The notes below the pieces were generated by a model that had not been told where the DNA came from, ran no database searches, and worked only from the letters and a program-made list of their open reading frames with translations. Below, piece after piece: positions 58,521-64,000 of a stretch of DNA of 64,000 bases; the stretch's first letter is position 1; each line of letters starts with the position of its first letter. The stretch comes from a bacterium (GTDB lineage Bacteria > Patescibacteriota > Minisyncoccia > 2-01-FULL-47-10 > JBBIMT01). The stretch spans positions 10,866-74,865 of the forward strand of contig JBBIOV010000001.1 of the NCBI GenBank assembly GCA_037443185.1, written 5' to 3'. Both the position numbers and the translations under genes were made by a program.

Positions 58521-60347
58521 CTACTCCACTGTTACACTCTTAGCAAGATTGCGAGGCTTATCAATTTCCAGTTTTTTAAAATTAGCACAATAATATGCAA
58601 AAAGCTGTAAAACCATAATACTTAAAACGGGATAAAATAATTCAAGAGTTTGCGGAATATAAATAATATCATCTGTTATTTTTTTTATCTCTTGATTTCC
58701 CTTGGTGGTAATGGCAATAACAGGCCCTTTACGAGTTTTTATTTCCTGAACATTAGAAAACATTTTTTTGTACAATGAATCCTGAGGGATGATAGCAATA
58801 GAAGGAAAATTTTTATCTATTAAAGCAATCGCGCCATGCTTAAATTCACCTCCGCTATAACCTGAAGCATTGATGTAAGCAGTTTCTTTTAATTTTAAGG
58901 CGCCCTCAAGCGCGGCTGGATAATTAAACTTTCGACCAAAAACAGCAAAACCATTATATTTAAAATATTTTTTCGCCAATTTTTTTATTGCGCTACTTTC
59001 TTTTAAAATTTCGTTTGTTAGACTTGAAAGATTTAAAATGGATTTTATGATTTCCTTTTTATTTTTTATTTCTATGTTCTTTAATTGAGTTAAATACAAA
59101 GCAAAAAGATTTAAAAGGATCATCTGGGATATCATAGCTTTTGTAGTAACAACCGCAATCTCAGGCCCGATGTGATTGTAAATACCAGCCTTTGTTTCTC
59201 TAGCAATAGATGACCCAACTACATTAACAATGCCTAAACTTAAAATTTTTTCTTCATTAATCTTTTTTAAGCTGGCTAACGAGTCCGCAGTTTCTCCTGA
59301 TTGACTAATAAATAAGGCGGCTACTTTATCTTTCTTTAAAAAAGGGGTCTGTCGATATCTAAATTCAGAAGCAATATCGGCTTCGCACAATATCCCAACT
59401 AACTCTTCAATAATATATTTACCATACAAAGCCGCATAATAAGCTGAACCACAACCTAAAATTTTTAGTTCTTGGATTTTTTTTAAATCTTTAGAGACGC
59501 TCTCTAAACCCCCAAGCTTTATTTTATTATTAATAATCCTTCCTCTAATAGAGTTTTTTATAGCTTCAGGAATTTCATAAATTTCTTTTAACATAAAATG
59601 TTTAAAGGCAGCTTTAGAAACTTTGGTAGGAATATCTTGAAATGTCGCTAAATTTACTTTCGATTTTTCTCCATTCAATTTATAAATATCAACTTTATCT
59701 TTTGTGATAATAGCCATTTCACCATCATTTAGTACAACGGCTTTTTTAGTATGGTTTGTTAAAGCCGTTGGGTCAGAACTTAAAAACCCTTGATGATATT
59801 TATTTGCCGCCAATAAAGGAGAGGATACTCTCACAGCAATTATTTTGTCAGGTTCTTTAATGGAGAAAAAAGCAAGCGCATAAGCGCCAACCAACATTTT
59901 CACTACTTCTTTGGCCGCTTTTTTAAGATCGCCTCTGTAAACATCTTCTAATAAATGAACTATAACTTCAGTATCCGTTTCTGAAGAAAATTGATGCCCT
60001 TTTTTCAGTAATTGTTTTTTTAAAGTTAAATAATTTTCGATAATACCATTATGAACGAGCCAGATCTCCTTTTTACAATCCCAAAAAGGATGGGCGTTTT
60101 TATCTGAAGGCGTACCGTGGGTCGCCCAACGGGAGTGTCCAATACCAAGGAAACCTTGAATAGGATTTTTCTTTAAAATTTTTTTTAAAACAGCAACTTT
60201 ACCTTTTTTTTTGATATACTGAGGCTTCGTGCCATCAAAAACAACGATTCCTGCCGAATCGTATCCGCGATATTGAAGGTTTTCTAATCCTTTTAAAATA
60301 ACAGAAGCTGCATTTTTATTGCCAATATAACCAAATATACCGCACAT
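58521..60347 (-). CDS. glmS: Glutamine--fructose-6-phosphate aminotransferase (isomerizing)
   Basis: MCGIFGYIG N-terminal nucleophile, two SIS domains, C-terminal ...KSVTVE; 608 aa. Confidence 0.9.
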   Translation of the reverse strand: MCGIFGYIGNKNAASVILKGLENLQYRGYDSAGIVVFDGTKPQYIKKKGKVAVLKKILKKNPIQGFLGIGHSRWATHGTPSDKNAHPFWDCKKEIWLVHNGIIENYLTLKKQLLKKGHQFSSETDTEVIVHLLEDVYRGDLKKAAKEVVKMLVGAYALAFFSIKEPDKIIAVRVSSPLLAANKYHQGFLSSDPTALTNHTKKAVVLNDGEMAIITKDKVDIYKLNGEKSKVNLATFQDIPTKVSKAAFKHFMLKEIYEIPEAIKNSIRGRIINNKIKLGGLESVSKDLKKIQELKILGCGSAYYAALYGKYIIEELVGILCEADIASEFRYRQTPFLKKDKVAALFISQSGETADSLASLKKINEEKILSLGIVNVVGSSIARETKAGIYNHIGPEIAVVTTKAMISQMILLNLFALYLTQLKNIEIKNKKEIIKSILNLSSLTNEILKESSAIKKLAKKYFKYNGFAVFGRKFNYPAALEGALKLKETAYINASGYSGGEFKHGAIALIDKNFPSIAIIPQDSLYKKMFSNVQEIKTRKGPVIAITTKGNQEIKKITDDIIYIPQTLELFYPVLSIMVLQLFAYYCANFKKLEIDKPRNLAKSVTVE

Positions 60348-60473
60348 AATTTTTTTAAAAAAATAATAATTAATTTTAAATTTTTAAAAAAAATTTCATC
60401 ACTTTTGGTCTGTTATAAAAAATTTTAATTTTTTAAAATTTTATATTAAAAAAATTATTTGAGGAATTTAAAT

Positions 60474-62372
60474 TTATTTAAGTTTGATGGTTTGGCCTGG
60501 TTTTAATATCTTCTTTTTGTTATCATTTAGTGATTTTGACGCAGCAATTACTTCTTCAGGCTCTTGGTTCTGGTCAATCGTAGTATCTTTTGTTAAATTA
60601 TTTGTGCTTTTTATATTTTTTTTATTACTTAAAATTTCGCTTAACACTTTTTTAAGTTCTTCTTTGGGTGTTACCTCTTTTTTTTGTTTAATATCTGATT
60701 GTTCTATCTCTTCTTTAATTTTTTGTAAAATATCAAGATTTGCGCTTTTTGGTGTTAATTTGATATCGGTTAACAATCTTTGATTTTTATCATCATAAAA
60801 TAAATAACTTGACAGGGTCGGAATAATTCCTTTGGCTTTCAAATTTTGAGATTTTTTGAAACATTTTTTGCAAAAAACAGGTCTTTTTCCGTCAGGCTGA
60901 AAAGGAACTTTTACAGCTCCATTACATTTCCAACAAGCAGCAAAGAATTTTTGGGTTAATTTAACAAGGGGATGGCCTTTTTTTTCAGAACTTGAAACAT
61001 CAATCTCTTCCTTTTGTTTTATCTCTGGTTTTTTCTTTCTATCTTCTTTTGAAGGAAGATTTTCTTTTAAAATTTGATTTTCTTCAGTCTCAAAACCAGC
61101 CCATTTATTAATTTTTGCCTCTATCTCTTTTTTAGACAAAGCAAAATTATAACGAGATTGTTTTATGATTTTGTTTCTGTTGCTTTTTTTCAATTTTTGA
61201 GGACTTGGCAATGTATGAGCCGAAAAAGGATCGGTAACAATTCCATCAATCATCAATTTGATATAGATATTATATTTCGGTAAATTGATAATATCATTCA
61301 TCGTAAAAATTGGTGAAAATTCTTTCTCTAAAAATTCAGCATCTTCAGCGCCAACTCTAAAAGCAATAATTGTGCCAACATTACCAAAAATTGCATCTCT
61401 TAAAGTAGTTCCCATTTTTTCGCTATAAAGTTGAGCAATGTACTGATGCGCTAAAATTAAAGAAAGCCTATATTTTCTTGCTTCAGATAAAATATTAGCA
61501 AAAGATTCATTGGCGAAATTTTGAAATTCGTCAACATAAAGATAAAAATCATTTCGTTGCTCTTCGGGTATATCAACCCTTGACATAGCTGCTAAATATA
61601 GTTTTGTTATTATAAGTCCACCAAGAAGCTTTGAAACATCTTCGCCTAATTTACCTTTGGAGAGATTAACGATTAAAATCTTTTTCTTATCCATAATTTC
61701 TCTTAAATCAAAAGCAGTTCTTGTTTGTCCGATAATATTTCGAATGATGGAAGCGGTGATAAATTGTCCTACTTTATTTTGAATAGCAGCGACGGCTTCA
61801 GTGGCAAATTGTTTAGAATATTCAGCAAACTCATCAACCCAAAAACTTTTGACTACCGGATCGGTTAAGCGATTGACGATTTTATTTCTAAATTCCTTAT
61901 CGGATAAAATCCTCATTATACCAAGCAAAGTTGAACCCGGATATTCAAGTAAAGCTAAAATAGCGTTGTTCAAAATATATTCCATTCGCGGCGACCAAAC
62001 ATCAGGCCAAATTTTTTTAAAAACACTCATTACTCCTGCTGCCACTAAATGTCTAGTTTCAGGGTCTACATTTTCCAAAACATTAAAACCTATGGGGTAC
62101 TCAATGTCGGCTGGATTAAAATAAATCACATCATTAATTCTGTTTGAAGGAATATAATCTAATAATTTATCAGCAAACTCTCCGTGAGGATCAATAACGC
62201 CCACTCCGTTGCCATTTTGAATATCCCAAACTGCCATATTTTCTAAAAGAGTAGTTTTGCCAACGCCAGTTTTTCCGATAATATAAATATGCCGTCTTCG
62301 GTCGTCTTTTTTAATACCAAAAACTTTCTTTTGATTTCTGAAAGTTGTAATACCAATCGGGGTAATATCCAT
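60474..62372 (-). CDS. VirD4/TraD/TraG-like type IV coupling-protein-family ATPase with a C-terminal CxxC zinc ribbon and a Lys-rich tail
   Basis: Walker A IIGKTGVGKTTLL, Walker B LYVDEFQNFAN, TraG-D_C-like region, then AACWKCNGAVKVPFQPDGKRPVFCKKCFKK and about 110 aa of K/E-rich low complexity. Confidence 0.6.
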   Translation of the reverse strand: MDITPIGITTFRNQKKVFGIKKDDRRRHIYIIGKTGVGKTTLLENMAVWDIQNGNGVGVIDPHGEFADKLLDYIPSNRINDVIYFNPADIEYPIGFNVLENVDPETRHLVAAGVMSVFKKIWPDVWSPRMEYILNNAILALLEYPGSTLLGIMRILSDKEFRNKIVNRLTDPVVKSFWVDEFAEYSKQFATEAVAAIQNKVGQFITASIIRNIIGQTRTAFDLREIMDKKKILIVNLSKGKLGEDVSKLLGGLIITKLYLAAMSRVDIPEEQRNDFYLYVDEFQNFANESFANILSEARKYRLSLILAHQYIAQLYSEKMGTTLRDAIFGNVGTIIAFRVGAEDAEFLEKEFSPIFTMNDIINLPKYNIYIKLMIDGIVTDPFSAHTLPSPQKLKKSNRNKIIKQSRYNFALSKKEIEAKINKWAGFETEENQILKENLPSKEDRKKKPEIKQKEEIDVSSSEKKGHPLVKLTQKFFAACWKCNGAVKVPFQPDGKRPVFCKKCFKKSQNLKAKGIIPTLSSYLFYDDKNQRLLTDIKLTPKSANLDILQKIKEEIEQSDIKQKKEVTPKEELKKVLSEILSNKKNIKSTNNLTKDTTIDQNQEPEEVIAASKSLNDNKKKILKPGQTIKLK

Positions 62373-62585
62373 ATAATAACAGATTAAAACTTATGAAAAA
62401 GATTTATCAAATATCAAACTTTAAATAAAAAATAGGATAGATAATCGCCAACAATTATAAATATCAATTTAAAAAATTATAAATTGAAACTTATTAAATT
62501 GTAAAATGTTTAGTTATTAGCTCTTAATAAATAATTCATTTTACAAATTTTATCACTCATTTAATTGATTATCGATATCTTTTTA

Positions 62586-63845
62586 TTATATTGTTGGCAG
62601 GGTTGCTGGAGGAGAGCCTTTTTGAAATTGAACTCTTTCAACAGTAGGGGTTGGAACTTCACGACCAGGGAAATGATAAATTGTTGCTAATTCTTCAATA
62701 TTTAAGATAAAATTTTTATTTTTAGAAAAATCGGGACTACGCCAGCGATATTTTTTAAGCAGCATTCTTTTACGCTCAAATACTCTATAATCTTTGAAAA
62801 AATAATCTAATTTAGTAACAGTATCAGGATCAAGTCTTATGCTGCTTTCAGTTTGTGAAGCCAAAGTTCTTAAAATACCCAAAAAAGCATAGCCATGTCT
62901 TCTAACAAAACGGTCCTTTTGTGCAAGATAAATAATCCTTAAAGTAGTTGCCCAACCAACCTTTGAGCATTTTCGATAAATTGCTCTCATTAATTGAACC
63001 TCAGTTTCAGTGGGCCAACGAAATTCAAGCTTTTGTTCTTTTTCAGATTTATTTTTTGATAAAGGATTAAGAGCGTTTAATGATTCTTTAAGACCAGCAC
63101 TAAGAGCTTCCATAAACGCAGGAATTTCTTCTTTGGAGCGATCTGACAATTCTTCAATCTTCTCAAGTCCTTTTTTTTCCCAACCAAAATATGGCTCGAT
63201 GATAATTTGCATCCAAAAATGTTCATTAATGTTTGTTAAAGAGAAAAGTTCAACTATATTAGCAATTGGATCCACTTTACTTTCAGTTTCGGTAATTTTA
63301 TCAAGTTCCCAGTCAACATAAGTTCTAATAGGTAAATAATATTCTTCTGGTTTATTAAATTGGAATTCAGTCCCTATCATTGCCCAACCGGATTCTTCAG
63401 TAATTCCAGCATCGAGAGGCACTTTATATGTATAATCTTCTGCTGGATCAATAATTTCAGCGCTGGGATATTGAGCATAAATTTGAGAAATCAACCATCT
63501 TTTTCTAACTTCCGGAACTTTGATATAAAAATGAACTTGCCCATCAAAACCTGCTATTTCCAATGATAAAGTTAATGGAAATTCGCCATCTATATATTTT
63601 TCCACTCTTAATAAATTCCGATGCATTCCATGCATTTGAGCAAACAATGCTTCCATTGCTTTAGGGCTTTTAGGTACTTCTCTTGGTATTCTAATTTCTA
63701 TTAAATGACGCGGCGTGGTTTCGACAAATCTGTTCGAGGCATATTCAACCCATAATTCAAAAAAAATGCCGTATAAAATTATCGGTAACACTAACCACCA
63801 CCAATCAGACAATAACTTAAAAAAATTTTCTAAAAAAATGTCCAT
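62586..63845 (-). CDS. Hypothetical 419-aa protein with an N-terminal TM helix, immediately upstream of the VirD4-like ATPase
   Basis: WWWLVLPIILYGIFFELW TM segment; the rest is soluble, Trp/charged-rich, with no motif recognised. Confidence 0.35.
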   Translation of the reverse strand: MDIFLENFFKLLSDWWWLVLPIILYGIFFELWVEYASNRFVETTPRHLIEIRIPREVPKSPKAMEALFAQMHGMHRNLLRVEKYIDGEFPLTLSLEIAGFDGQVHFYIKVPEVRKRWLISQIYAQYPSAEIIDPAEDYTYKVPLDAGITEESGWAMIGTEFQFNKPEEYYLPIRTYVDWELDKITETESKVDPIANIVELFSLTNINEHFWMQIIIEPYFGWEKKGLEKIEELSDRSKEEIPAFMEALSAGLKESLNALNPLSKNKSEKEQKLEFRWPTETEVQLMRAIYRKCSKVGWATTLRIIYLAQKDRFVRRHGYAFLGILRTLASQTESSIRLDPDTVTKLDYFFKDYRVFERKRMLLKKYRWRSPDFSKNKNFILNIEELATIYHFPGREVPTPTVERVQFQKGSPPATLPTI

Positions 63846-64000
63846 TTTCTTCCTACCCTTTTTAAAAAAATATTTTGAGAAAAAACGCAGAAAATTAAAT
63901 CTCTATCATTTTAACTTTTGTCTTGAAGCATAAATTTTCCATCAGTGGTCTTTTTAAACAATTTGTTATTTTGCAAACTAAGCAAAATAGTGTTTGGCTT

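Noticed and set aside
1-64000. CRISPR arrays, insertion sequences, integrases, phage genes
   Set aside because: No regularly spaced direct repeats and no transposase/integrase/Cas-like ORFs were found on either strand. The only repetition is low-complexity coding sequence (51700..51900) and a 12-nt tandem duplication (10024..10049).

Overview
This is a low-GC (~30%), gene-dense, mostly minus-strand window. The gene content fits a small-genome monoderm bacterium, possibly Candidate Phyla Radiation/Patescibacteria (inference from content only). Standard genetic code; no transposases, integrases or CRISPR arrays were seen.

Contents, left to right:
- SppA C-terminal fragment, then the fmt-def-priA operon. 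The PriA helicase motifs are degenerate.
- A cell-envelope glycopolymer locus (TagA-like GT26, three GT2, one GT4, an O-antigen-ligase-like membrane protein, an LCP transferase) with murC embedded in it.
- A ~600 bp non-coding gap, then ctpA-rplI-pyrG.
- rpmA, small Cys-rich and zf-HC2-like proteins, and an M23 peptidase.
- gltX, the dcw genes murG-ftsW-murD-mraY, a D,D-carboxypeptidase, and a GAD-less aspS.
- A tight five-gene operon: amino-acid dehydrogenase, PaaK/F390-synthetase-like adenylating enzyme, E1/ThiF-like enzyme, nitroreductase-fold protein, and a polytopic histidine kinase. This is the best candidate for an undescribed system.
- A previously uncalled rpmH (L34), then serS.
- A non-canonical alpha-glucan (glycogen) locus: GH57, archaeal-type GT4/5 synthase, GDE-like debrancher, GalT-like transferase, and a eukaryote-like GT3 glycogen synthase. 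tRNA-Gly(CCC) sits directly upstream of the GT3 gene.
- Housekeeping genes: PduO-type adenosyltransferase, DgkA, SpoU methyltransferase, DEDD exonuclease, rsmE, 2-hydroxyacid dehydrogenase, ROK kinase, glmS, yqeY, tRNA-Glu.
- A second orphan histidine kinase co-transcribed with a large Ca-binding-repeat surface protein.
- A VirD4/TraD-like coupling ATPase whose C-terminal zinc ribbon is paralogous to a stand-alone 68-aa zinc-ribbon protein, preceded by an unknown 419-aa membrane-anchored protein.
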